Shown here: positions 11,801 to 20,667 of the stretch, piece by piece
Layout: each line of letters opens with the position of its first letter
Position numbering within the stretch: the stretch's first letter is position 1
Assembly: GCA_019058445.1 (NCBI GenBank)
Contig: JAHPZA010000006.1
Location: forward strand, 1,164,943 to 1,228,942
Direction: 5' to 3'
From: Promethearchaeota archaeon
Lineage (GTDB): Archaea > Asgardarchaeota > Lokiarchaeia > Sigyniarchaeales > SOKP01
DNA length: 64,000 nucleotides
Notes under the pieces: generated by a model
What the model was told of the DNA's origin: nothing
What the model saw: only the letters and a program-made list of their open reading frames with translations
The model's database searches: none
Made by a program: the position numbers and the translations under genes

Positions 11801-12218
11801 ATTTATGAAAGGGGGTTAATCCTTCATCGGATTCATCGCTTAAGGCTATAAACAAAAAATCTATTAAGGGATACAAAGAAATATAGACTAAACATACCCC
11901 AAACGGTATTAGTAGAAAATAGGGATGAATCTCTGGGGGTTCAGCTTCACTAGTTTTCCAGAATTCTGGTGTTTTTATGGCAAAAATAAACGCCATAGCT
12001 ACAACAATCATTACTGCAAAACTAAAAATTGTCCCAAATACAATACATTGAAGTCTATCTCTAAATTTAAATTCCCCCTTTAAAACTAATGCTACTTGAA
12101 AATAAATCAATAGGGTACCTATAACTAAAGCAATAAGAAAGATAATAAGTAATGCTATTGAAGCTTCGTTTCCGAATAAAGCGTCTAATACATTATCTTG
12201 CAATATCAAGATTATCAC
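8817..12218 (-). CDS. Polytopic membrane protein (~9 TM) with long C-terminal HEAT-repeat solenoid
   Basis: About 9 hydrophobic segments in the first ~375 aa; repeated LxDxxxxVR-type HEAT units over ~750 aa. Confidence 0.85.
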   Translation of the reverse strand: MIILILQDNVLDALFGNEASIALLIIFLIALVIGTLLIYFQVALVLKGEFKFRDRLQCIVFGTIFSFAVMIVVAMAFIFAIKTPEFWKTSEAEPPEIHPYFLLIPFGVCLVYISLYPLIDFLFIALSDESDEGLTPFHKFIGDKIINKSTNKLIRVIYAVGFFLGVFFLPPFFLSLIGLPFIMIWISWMLIYPLLILTFYGSKGYIAGITNVYYHIPDMRRSLFLGFEDSKRTLKEFLNDPAPRILLGLMLFVFVWAWISMIQTIGYFFSGALLISPYSYAGFVFVTLAMGIIGFFSRFWNRIIKYRGIDIYFAAYLMAAVGINVFVNFLIVNVEKVSNVFTASNYTTTIVPNYLLFAWTAAIEEIILISITTYYFLSKKNEFTNNLKYSLIAECGQTFDPIPLFNFIKSENLKVRNLAEETLILMYERLPLKADLNLNDMKYKNPLIDGICDPNPYSKYICLKILLQLERDAPDILLPWIIESLNSPNYDKSLPFAQSLITANINLIQKVPEQLIFDLVKDSEWRLKLVGLKILSRLIQNNIKLTSKLNLNELINDPDSQVQVEVLKILAISSEKIPFELIHDKINHSNKEIRAAAIQNLKNIEPKDLDSEMISKLKSLIKDPTSSVRASVFEIFAEIGNFKRFDIPLLPFLNGLIDVNKEVRNSSVLALEKYFNEEPDSLDINLIINKIDPNNNEILTSVLTLLGRLWEQNPEKILTTLLIFIKFENQELKENISKILSNKYTSNPDLIFQNLIKIPDVSKFISKGIIAKTIISIAKKDPNYIIPKLVKFLDDDNDEIRLNAISSLEGLADEYYNNITIKPILKILQKDKNQQIRKEASKILSKIAMKNPEAIKPEISIILQSLNTQEATVKVTISKSLLEIAKESPEIMPLELIINILSDQDSFIRESAVKILGLIGYKSPDEALNILIEKGLNDKDWIVREAAVSSLGEIIEHIEHKELIINNLIPLLDDNKTWVRRSVMNILSNIKGIKASFIPFEKVSKNLNNTDPKVREASARLLKIYGFQNIDTIFESIISLLEDESGEVRTSMINSMVEIINNIGISQILSKLLKNLSDEGSIELQRSIAIILGRTVRYEEEKIKKRVISLLKIRCEMSQDPIICANLHKIRES

Positions 12219-12337
12219 AGAATAATAAGGATATGAATAATTTAATAATGATTTAATAGAAATTTTATTTCTCTTATTAAACTTAGTAATGTATATTAAA
12301 TTAAATTTTTTTAATCAATTCTCTCAAAAAGATTAAT

Positions 12338-12910
12338 ATGAATAAAATAGAAGATGACTTTCTTGATTCTTTAAAAAGAATTAATTTCATTTTTAGAAAT
12401 GAGGAAGTTTATACTGAATGTATTAAGAATCATAATGGCTTTTCGATGTTAGGAGATAAATTAGGTCCATTTGAAAAAGGTAAAAAATACAAATTAAAAC
12501 TCTTTTTAGCAGTTCCATTTATTAAAAATAACATATTAAAGGTTGCTCCTGAGAGTAAATGTGATAATGTGGATTTACAACGTTTTGCTATTGAGGAACG
12601 AGACGATCAAAAAATCATACAACGAGAAAATGATTATTTTTTAAATAAAATTAAGGAATTTAATTTATTTATGGAAAAAGAAGTTATGGAAAATAACATA
12701 CCACAAAAGTTTTTAGATGATTACAAATCCTACTTTACGAGTGTTTTAGATTCCCGAATATTAAAAATTATGAGGATCGCAAAGAGTGATACTTCTGTAG
12801 AAGTAGAGAAGAGGCTAGCAATATCAGAGCATCTTTTATATCACAATATTCATAAGATCATTAGTATCTGGAGAGAATTTTTTCTCAGTTTAGCGAGTCT
12901 TAAAGGATAA
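12338..12910 (+). CDS. gins23: GINS subunit, Gins23 type (B-domain then A-domain)
   Basis: N-terminal LGPFEKGKKYKLKLFLA B-domain pattern; helical A-domain with RILKI...SEHLLY...WR; near mcm. Confidence 0.75.
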   Translation: MNKIEDDFLDSLKRINFIFRNEEVYTECIKNHNGFSMLGDKLGPFEKGKKYKLKLFLAVPFIKNNILKVAPESKCDNVDLQRFAIEERDDQKIIQRENDYFLNKIKEFNLFMEKEVMENNIPQKFLDDYKSYFTSVLDSRILKIMRIAKSDTSVEVEKRLAISEHLLYHNIHKIISIWREFFLSLASLKG

Positions 12911-12923
12911 AATAATAATTTTT

Positions 12924-13613
12924 TTAAATCAATTTTATTTCATTATTTCCATATTTTTTAAAGTATTTTTCAATATTTTTAGCAATTTCTATACCTGGTT
13001 TAATTCTTTGATAAGCTAGGGGTAATAATTCTAAAGCATTACTCATCGCGTAGAATTGAACATTAGTTTCACTGATAGCCTGTTCGACACTTTTTCCATC
13101 ATCCCTCTTTTCATTTCTATCTGTTAATCCTATTACGGCAATAATATTAACTTTTAATGATTGCAAATTTTCAATTGCTTCAATTATAGAGCCTCCAGTA
13201 GTAAGCGTATCTTCAAGAACTATGATTTTGCCCTTCGGAAATCCCAAATAATATTTATCTTTGGGATCACCATGTTGCTTCGGTTTTGCTCTTCCCATTG
13301 ATAAATTATATACTCCTTTACCATAATCGGCTTGATTTTTAGCCCATTTGTACTGAGTGATTATACCCAATTTTGTTGCCCCCTCTGGTATGCCATAAAA
13401 ACAATCTGGGTTAAGGCCTAAACTTTCAACGAAAGATATAACATAATCGGTTAATTTATCGAGTAAAAATACATCTTCGGATATATTTCTCCAGTTCACA
13501 TACCAGGATGATAATCTACCAGATCTTAATTTCAATGGTTCTTTAAAAAAACCAATAATATCATTTTCGATGATTAAGTTATAAAATAACTCTTTTTTTT
13601 GTTCCCAACTCAT
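12924..13613 (-). CDS. pyrE: Orotate phosphoribosyltransferase
   Basis: LRSGRLSSWYVN; PRPP-binding loop VLEDTLTTGGS. Confidence 0.88.
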   Translation of the reverse strand: MSWEQKKELFYNLIIENDIIGFFKEPLKLRSGRLSSWYVNWRNISEDVFLLDKLTDYVISFVESLGLNPDCFYGIPEGATKLGIITQYKWAKNQADYGKGVYNLSMGRAKPKQHGDPKDKYYLGFPKGKIIVLEDTLTTGGSIIEAIENLQSLKVNIIAVIGLTDRNEKRDDGKSVEQAISETNVQFYAMSNALELLPLAYQRIKPGIEIAKNIEKYFKKYGNNEIKLI

Positions 13614-13748
13614 ATGAAATTTAATTTTCCTTTTAATCTAAAACTATTTTATTAAATAACTAATAGTATTGTAGCTTATTTGAAATGCCTATAAGCAAGG
13701 GTTTTATTCATAACCAAAATTAATATATAAAAAAGACCTAAAAAAGTT

Positions 13749-14267
13749 TTACTCCTTAAGTGTGAGATATTCTTTTCTTGCTTTTGCATATTCTTCGCCG
13801 CTAATTTTTCCCGCCAAAAATTGATTTTCTTTATCTCGCATTATACTTCTTTTTTTGGCAAGTTCCTTTCTTCTTTCAGCTTTTTGAAAATTATTTGAAA
13901 TAGATTGAGCAATATCTGTAATATTTTTATTTTTATTCTTAAGTAAATTTTCCAAATATGGTTTTATTGGTCTTGCCATTTCTATGTTCTTTTTAGAAAG
14001 TTCCTCAATACGTTTAAGGGCTAGTATGATTTCATCTTGATCATCACCCTCTAATACAGAGATTAATCGAGGTATAGCCACATCCTTCAGAATTTCATCA
14101 AGATATGCCGAAATTTCCTTTTCTACTTTATTGTCTCCATAGGTTCCAAGCTGTTTATCTCTAATATATTCAATAAACACAAGAGGTAATTCTACAGGCC
14201 AATCTTGCATTTTCTCCTTGCCAATTAGCTGGACGATTCCACCATCTTTTTTTTGAAATATTCTCAT
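13749..14267 (-). CDS. Hypothetical protein with HEAT-like helices and a C-terminal SHOCT-like motif
   Basis: SD GAGGTG before ATG 14267; IPRLISVL...LALKRI HEAT-like unit; GKISGEEYAKARKEYL. Confidence 0.6.
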   Translation of the reverse strand: MRIFQKKDGGIVQLIGKEKMQDWPVELPLVFIEYIRDKQLGTYGDNKVEKEISAYLDEILKDVAIPRLISVLEGDDQDEIILALKRIEELSKKNIEMARPIKPYLENLLKNKNKNITDIAQSISNNFQKAERRKELAKKRSIMRDKENQFLAGKISGEEYAKARKEYLTLKE

Positions 14268-14279
14268 CTTATACACCTC

Positions 14280-15467
14280 CTATATCCAATCCCCTGTTGA
14301 AAGTTTCTCTGGAAGGTATTTTTCCGTTAAAAATTCAAATCCATGGGTGGAGAATGCCTGAATTTCTGCTTTTATTTTTAATTTAAGAGCAAGATTTAGA
14401 TCATCACGCCATTCCTTATTTTGTTTTACAAAATCTTCATTAAGTATGTCTTTTGTTCTTTTGATATCTACTTTCGTCATGGGAAGTCTGACTTCATTTG
14501 GAATGTTATAAGCGTCTAAATCTCTTGTCAGTACTCCTAATAGCTTGATATTTGGCGTAGCAAGAAAAGGAGATTCATAACTCAGTCTCTTTGACCCGCG
14601 TAAATAAATCGAATGAATATAATGCCCATATGGGTCGCTATCAACTAAGCTAAAGACTGGGAGATTTAATTCTTTCGAAAGGCGTTTTAAGAACATCCGA
14701 ACTGCAACATTTCCCACACCCTGTGCAGTTAACAAGATACAAGGATATTTCCGCCAAAATCTTGCCTCTGCTAACCTCATCATAGCCGCATCCTTTTCAA
14801 TTACTAAAATAAACTCTGCATCTGATTCCAAGATTTCAATATTATCAAGCATAGGTGAAATTGTCCATCCGCCACTTCCCAAACCTTCAAGATCGATAAT
14901 ATCATTCCTATCTCTAATTCTAAGTCTTCCTACACAAGTGCCTTTTGGTGCAGCCACAATATGGGTTGAATTTCTTGTGGTATAGAGCATTGAAGCAACA
15001 TCTTCGATACTTTTATCGCTATTTTTCTGATCAGTAAATAATTTAACATCGGTATAGAAAATCTCACGCTTAGTAGCATGAATATCTTTAACTAACAACT
15101 CATCAACAATTTCAAGCACTCTCATAAGTCTAGTAATATCTGCAACACTCGTGAGAGAATGAAATTGTTTTTCCATAATTTGTCTGCCAAGTAATAACAA
15201 ATCATTATCTTCATCCCAAATAATGTTAGAACTTGATCGAGAGGGTAATTCAATTGTAGGTCTTCCAGATGACAAAATTTTGGCGATTACACCATCAACC
15301 ATCTTGTAAATCCTGTTTAAAGTTTCCTTTTTGTTTAAATCATCAATTTTTATTGTATCATCTGGAAGATTAATATCTTTTTTTTCAGTTCCTTTTGCTA
15401 AATACTCTTGAAGTAACGTCTTGGTTGCTTTAAAATCCCATTTTTGATCTGTTTTTTTTTTAGCCAT
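14280..15467 (-). CDS. top6A: DNA topoisomerase VI subunit A
   Basis: TKREIFY (catalytic Tyr), IEKDA, DSDPYG TOPRIM, KAEIQA; SD GAGGT before ATG 15467. Confidence 0.95.
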   Translation of the reverse strand: MAKKKTDQKWDFKATKTLLQEYLAKGTEKKDINLPDDTIKIDDLNKKETLNRIYKMVDGVIAKILSSGRPTIELPSRSSSNIIWDEDNDLLLLGRQIMEKQFHSLTSVADITRLMRVLEIVDELLVKDIHATKREIFYTDVKLFTDQKNSDKSIEDVASMLYTTRNSTHIVAAPKGTCVGRLRIRDRNDIIDLEGLGSGGWTISPMLDNIEILESDAEFILVIEKDAAMMRLAEARFWRKYPCILLTAQGVGNVAVRMFLKRLSKELNLPVFSLVDSDPYGHYIHSIYLRGSKRLSYESPFLATPNIKLLGVLTRDLDAYNIPNEVRLPMTKVDIKRTKDILNEDFVKQNKEWRDDLNLALKLKIKAEIQAFSTHGFEFLTEKYLPEKLSTGDWI

Positions 15468-15481
15468 AATTTTTACCTCTA

Positions 15482-18400
15482 TTATTTTAATTTCCAATGT
15501 TTTTTGCCCATTTTCACATCAACTACAACTTTTCCCTTACGTTCTAATTCTTTTAATTTGATCTGCAAGAACCTTGCATCCATCATATCTTTAATTCTCA
15601 ATTTGAAAATGAGATGTTTAATAGTTTGCCAATCATCTGTCAATGCTCCTATCAAACTATCAGTGGTAATCACCGGTAAATGGGTTTGTATTGGCTTAGG
15701 TGGTGTAAAAGAAGCTTTAGGTTTAGGTTTAGGAGGTGCTTTTTCTTTTATAGCTTGCATTCTTGCTTTTGCAGCTTTTAATTTTTTAGGCTCTAGTGCA
15801 ATAGGTTGTACTAATTCAACTTTTTCAGGTTTCTCTTCTTTAACAATTGGTTTTTCAACTCCTTTAAGATGATCTTGAATCTTCTTAATTATTTCAGTTT
15901 TTTTAATTTTCGATGGAATTTTTATATTATTTTCATCACAATATGCTCTTAATTTTTTTACAGTCCATTGAGTGAGAGTTTCAGTGTCGAGCATTTCCTT
16001 CTTGACGGGAATCTCTTTAGGTTTCTGAGTGATTTTTGTGGGTGTCTCTTTTTCTATGATACGTTCTTTCTCTTCTACTTTTTCCTCTTTTATTATTGGT
16101 CTCTCCTTAGGAGGTTCAAGAACTTGAACTTCAGGTTTTACTGGTAACGGTTCTTGGGGAATGGTAGGTATTTTTTTAACGCCTATCGCTTCCCTCATCA
16201 AAGTCTGGAGCTCTTTCTCATCAAGTTGACTTTTATAGATACTCTCTCCTTGATAAGCTATATTATACACACTTTTAACAAACTTTGGAATATATTTTTC
16301 AATTAAACTTGCTCTTTTTTCACTTTTACGTTGAGTTGCTTTTCGATTGATATATACTCTTAATCTACGTCCTATTGCTTCTAAACAAAATTTAATTTCC
16401 TTAATTAAACTTTCGTCATCGGCTAAAGCATTTTTAGACTGAGATTTAAACATTAAGTGAACAAATGGACCTGAAACGTTAACTAATAATTTTATTGGTC
16501 CTTTAGGTAAATTATTATCATAGGTATCTAATTTATAATTTTTCCAATTAACTGATTGAACTGCTTTGGTTATAGCACAATCAGCACTATCCCTTAATTT
16601 GGGAGTTCTATTTACAAATCGAGATAAAACATCCCTAGAACGTTTTGGGACTTCGATCCGATTTGAATATGCTAACACTGCTTCAACTACATAAGCCAAT
16701 CCTTTTCCACTTGTAGGATCTCTTGTTTCAGCTGAAATAAAATCATCATCTTTGGTATAATTTTCTACAAAGTATTCGAATACCATATTATAAGTCTCTT
16801 TTGTTTCAGCTTCTTCTTTTTCAATAAAATTAATTATTGATTGTGTTAATTGGTCTGATTCTATACTGGTGTCTTTAATATCAACGTTTTTCAAAATTTG
16901 AGAATTGACATCGATAACTTCTTCTACATCAACAGAAATCTCGTTTAAAATTTCTTCACTAGCATTTGAATCTTCTTGGATTATTACTTCTTTTTTTTCA
17001 CTAAGCAAAATATCAAATATTTTCTTGATATCATCAGTTGGTGTATCGTAGTCATCTAAATTTTCTGAAACTCGCAAACCTAAATCTTTTATTAAAGTAT
17101 TTTCTAATATGGTATCTCCAACTGGTATGGCAGTATCAGTAGGTGGTGCCATATACTTTATTGATTTGAAAGCAAGAAACAATGAATTAAATTGATCGTT
17201 AGTTAATTCTGCAGGCTTTACTTTGGAGAGTTGAACTTGATTAATTAAATCTTCGAATTCAGTTCTATTTTTCAGTTTTTTTAATTCATTCAACCCATCC
17301 TGATTATTTTTCAATAAAATTTCGATGTTTTGTTTTAATTTATCCTTATCTTTCCTATTTTTATCGATTTCACTTAATAATTTCCTTATTTCATTCTGAA
17401 TTGATTTTTCGTCTTTTTTTGTCTCAGCTTTATCAATCTGGTCGTTATGTTTTTTTATTTTTTTGTTTATTTTCTCTCTATTTTTTATTAATTGATTATA
17501 TTTTGAAATTAAATCCCAATATTGATTTTTTAAATCATCAGAGACTATTTCATAAATTATCAATTTATCTCTCGGCTTTTGAGATCTTCCATAAACTCTC
17601 TTTTCAAACTGAAGGAAATAAAATGTATCACTGTTTTTTCCTGGGATAGTAGCAAATCCCGTACTAAGAATAAGAAGTTTAAGTTTATCTTGTAAATCTC
17701 TTTCAGCTAAATCAATAATTTCTTTTGCTGTTTTAGAGCTTACTCTTACAAAGTTTTCTTTTAAAAATGAGCTTATTGTAAGATTATTGGTTTTAATTAA
17801 TAAATCTTGAAGATCACCAATATTAGTGGAAGATGGATGGGGTAATGCATATTTAGGTTCTAAAGGAAATGAAGAAACTTTTCTTGGATAAATATGTTCC
17901 TCGTTATAAGGATCTATAAAAATGATAGTGATATGGGGGTTCATTAAAGCCGTTTCCTTTATATATGTATCGACATATCCCCGAATATATTTCACATTCA
18001 AGTAATGTAGTTTTATATAAGTCCCGTGAAGAAACGGACAATCAACTTCAGTCGGAGTAATGAAATATTTTTTTTCATTTTTAGAAGTAGTGGAAAATTC
18101 TGAAACGGTGGCATATACATTTTCCACTGATTTTGAGACGGCAACAATTGGTTTTCCCGTAGTGTTTTGTGAATCACTAAAAGCACTAGGGGCCCCGAAA
18201 CCTTGAGAACCTCTGGTTTGTTTTAATTGCATGCTTTTACTGGAAGCTAGATATTTTCCAAATTTTCGTAAGTCTACTTTTGACATCCCAGTTCCATTAT
18301 CAAAAATTTCAAAAGTATAACTCATCACGTTCTTTTGACTTAATTCTGAAGTCAAAAATGAAGCTGCTTCGGTTTCGCCTATTCGCATAATTACAATAGG

Positions 18401-18928
18401 TTCGTCATCAATAATGGATTCTACAGGTTTAATAATTTCTTCCATATCAACAATAATTTTCTTAACTTCCTCTTCTACCTCAATTTCAGACTTATCAGTT
18501 ATCTCTCCAGACTTAGCTGGTTCTTCTTCTTTCTCTACCTCAAATTCTGTCACTTCAGTTTCGCTAGGTTCTGTTTTTTCAGTTTCACTAGGTTCTAAAC
18601 CAAATTCTTTCATTAAAGTCTGCTTTGCCTCATCATCTAAAGGTTTAAATGTGGTCTTGTCTTCGGATTCTTTTTGAAGAATAGAGAGATTTTCTAAGGA
18701 TAATTCTTGGTCTAATGTGAATCTAAGTTTTGAATTTGGGTTTTGAATCTCTTCCCATTGAAAGGTTTCAATAGCGTCAAGTGCATTGTCTAAAAATTCT
18801 GCCACGTACTGTTGGTGTTTCCAATAGCCAAATTCAAAACCAACTAATTGAGTACGCTTGCGCATAAATTCCGCTATAGTCCCTTGCTTAATCGTCGATT
18901 TTTCATCTCGAGAGGTAATGGTAAACAC
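15482..18928 (-). CDS. top6B: DNA topoisomerase VI subunit B, expanded (1148 aa)
   Basis: EFLDNALDA, DNGTGM, QTRGSQGFG, HGT GHKL motifs; PHP; RFVNRTP; FKSQSK transducer. Confidence 0.93.
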   Translation of the reverse strand: MFTITSRDEKSTIKQGTIAEFMRKRTQLVGFEFGYWKHQQYVAEFLDNALDAIETFQWEEIQNPNSKLRFTLDQELSLENLSILQKESEDKTTFKPLDDEAKQTLMKEFGLEPSETEKTEPSETEVTEFEVEKEEEPAKSGEITDKSEIEVEEEVKKIIVDMEEIIKPVESIIDDEPIVIMRIGETEAASFLTSELSQKNVMSYTFEIFDNGTGMSKVDLRKFGKYLASSKSMQLKQTRGSQGFGAPSAFSDSQNTTGKPIVAVSKSVENVYATVSEFSTTSKNEKKYFITPTEVDCPFLHGTYIKLHYLNVKYIRGYVDTYIKETALMNPHITIIFIDPYNEEHIYPRKVSSFPLEPKYALPHPSSTNIGDLQDLLIKTNNLTISSFLKENFVRVSSKTAKEIIDLAERDLQDKLKLLILSTGFATIPGKNSDTFYFLQFEKRVYGRSQKPRDKLIIYEIVSDDLKNQYWDLISKYNQLIKNREKINKKIKKHNDQIDKAETKKDEKSIQNEIRKLLSEIDKNRKDKDKLKQNIEILLKNNQDGLNELKKLKNRTEFEDLINQVQLSKVKPAELTNDQFNSLFLAFKSIKYMAPPTDTAIPVGDTILENTLIKDLGLRVSENLDDYDTPTDDIKKIFDILLSEKKEVIIQEDSNASEEILNEISVDVEEVIDVNSQILKNVDIKDTSIESDQLTQSIINFIEKEEAETKETYNMVFEYFVENYTKDDDFISAETRDPTSGKGLAYVVEAVLAYSNRIEVPKRSRDVLSRFVNRTPKLRDSADCAITKAVQSVNWKNYKLDTYDNNLPKGPIKLLVNVSGPFVHLMFKSQSKNALADDESLIKEIKFCLEAIGRRLRVYINRKATQRKSEKRASLIEKYIPKFVKSVYNIAYQGESIYKSQLDEKELQTLMREAIGVKKIPTIPQEPLPVKPEVQVLEPPKERPIIKEEKVEEKERIIEKETPTKITQKPKEIPVKKEMLDTETLTQWTVKKLRAYCDENNIKIPSKIKKTEIIKKIQDHLKGVEKPIVKEEKPEKVELVQPIALEPKKLKAAKARMQAIKEKAPPKPKPKASFTPPKPIQTHLPVITTDSLIGALTDDWQTIKHLIFKLRIKDMMDARFLQIKLKELERKGKVVVDVKMGKKHWKLK

Positions 18929-19179
18929 TCTTTTTTTTAATTTTCTTAATAATCAAAATCTTTATGCTAACTATAATATGTGCATTTTTATATATAAATA
19001 AGAAGATATTTACTAAGACCTATAATTGTAACATAATCTCTAATATGTCTAAGTTCAAATTCCTTCTTTTTACTTCAATTCTTAGAGAAACTGATTTATT
19101 ATTTAAAGTTTTTCACCTAAAGAAAAAGTTTAAAAGAATCTAAAATAAAAATGAATCTATAACTGATTTACACTTAAAT

Positions 19180-20460
19180 TTATAACTTTCCTTTTAATCT
19201 GTAATTTTCTAAAGCAATATCTAAAATTCTTGAAGCAACATATCGCTTTGAATGTAACTCTACATGAGTTATGTGTTTTTCTTTATCTATAATATACACT
19301 TCATTATCTTTACTCACAAAACCAATGTCTTCTCTACCTACATCATTGGCAACAATCAAATCTGCGTCGGAGCGTTTCAGACGGTCATACGCTCTATCAA
19401 TTAACTGACTTCGTGAGACATTTGTTTCCGCCTTAAAGGCCACAATAAATACCTTATGATTCTTTTTTCTCGCTTCATCAATTATTTTAGGGGTTAGTCT
19501 CATGTTAACTTGCAGGGTTTTCACATCATCAGAGGAAATTTTTCCCTCAATACAATCTGTTGGGGAATAATCGCTTATTGCCGCTGCACATATGAAAAAG
19601 TCATAATCATTGTAACCTAACTCATCTTTAATTTTTTTTATAAAATCATCTGTTGAAACCACATTAACTGTGTCTAAATAATCTGGAATCTTAACTAAAC
19701 AATTACCAGCGACTAATAAGACTTCTGCTCCTCTTGCTACTGCTTCTTTTGCAATTTCAATACCCATCCTCCCTGAGGAGTTATTTGAAACAAATCTTAT
19801 CTCATCAATATATTCTCTAGTGGGTCCTGCAGTGATAAGAATGCGCTTTCCTTCTAAATCTTTTTTCGAAATAAGTAAATCGATTACGCGATCAATAATA
19901 TCATCAATTTTGGCGATTTTTGCCTTTCCTTCTGAAATTCTAGGTCCTAAGATATCAACACCGTATTTTTTCAGTTTATTAATGTTTTCATGAAATATTT
20001 CGTGCTTCATCATACTTTCATGAGCTGCTGGTACCACAACAATTGGAATAGATGACCCAAAAGCTGTCGACACTATTGTAGTTACGGGAGTATCATCAAT
20101 ACCATTGGCAATTTTTGAAATTGTATTCGCGGTTGATGGACAGACGAGAATTAAATCTGCTTTTCCTATTTCTTTTGGACGTTCTCCCGCCAAATATACA
20201 TGTTCTACAGCACCTGTTAATTTAGTGATAACTGGATTCCCCGTAGCCCAGTGCATTAATGCGGGTGTTATTAATTCAGTTGCAGCTTTGGTCATTACCG
20301 CAATAACTTCGGCCCCAAGGCGCATTAGTTCGCGAGCTACTATTGGCGCAGAAATTACTGCAACAGAACCAGACAAGCACATACATATTGTTTTTCCTCT
20401 GAGAATTCTTCCCTTGCTCTCAATAATATCCTTGGATGGATGTTTATATGACATATTCAT
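19180..20460 (-). CDS. coaBC: Bifunctional phosphopantothenoylcysteine decarboxylase/ligase
   Basis: SGSVA, PSTANTISKIANGIDD, TAGPTREYIDEIRFVSNNSSGRMG, AAISDY. Confidence 0.95.
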   Translation of the reverse strand: MNMSYKHPSKDIIESKGRILRGKTICMCLSGSVAVISAPIVARELMRLGAEVIAVMTKAATELITPALMHWATGNPVITKLTGAVEHVYLAGERPKEIGKADLILVCPSTANTISKIANGIDDTPVTTIVSTAFGSSIPIVVVPAAHESMMKHEIFHENINKLKKYGVDILGPRISEGKAKIAKIDDIIDRVIDLLISKKDLEGKRILITAGPTREYIDEIRFVSNNSSGRMGIEIAKEAVARGAEVLLVAGNCLVKIPDYLDTVNVVSTDDFIKKIKDELGYNDYDFFICAAAISDYSPTDCIEGKISSDDVKTLQVNMRLTPKIIDEARKKNHKVFIVAFKAETNVSRSQLIDRAYDRLKRSDADLIVANDVGREDIGFVSKDNEVYIIDKEKHITHVELHSKRYVASRILDIALENYRLKGKL

Positions 20461-20667
20461 CTGCTATTTTGTGTAATTCATTTATTTGATATTCTATGTT
20501 AAAGTTAAATCTAACGTTATAAAAATTTTTGCTAAGGTTGTTTTAAAAGTTTAAAAAAAAGAGCTAAAAATTTTTTATCTTTAGGTTAAATCTATTTATA
20601 TTTTAGAAAAACCTTTAATAAATTATTATTCTTAAATTCATTATCTTTACAGATTTAAACCAAACAG

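Noticed and set aside
15482-18928. Inteins as the explanation for the Top6B insertions (also considered for MCM and SMC)
   Set aside because: No Cys/Ser-start and His-Asn-end splice motifs or embedded LAGLIDADG blocks; inserts are low-complexity or coiled-coil
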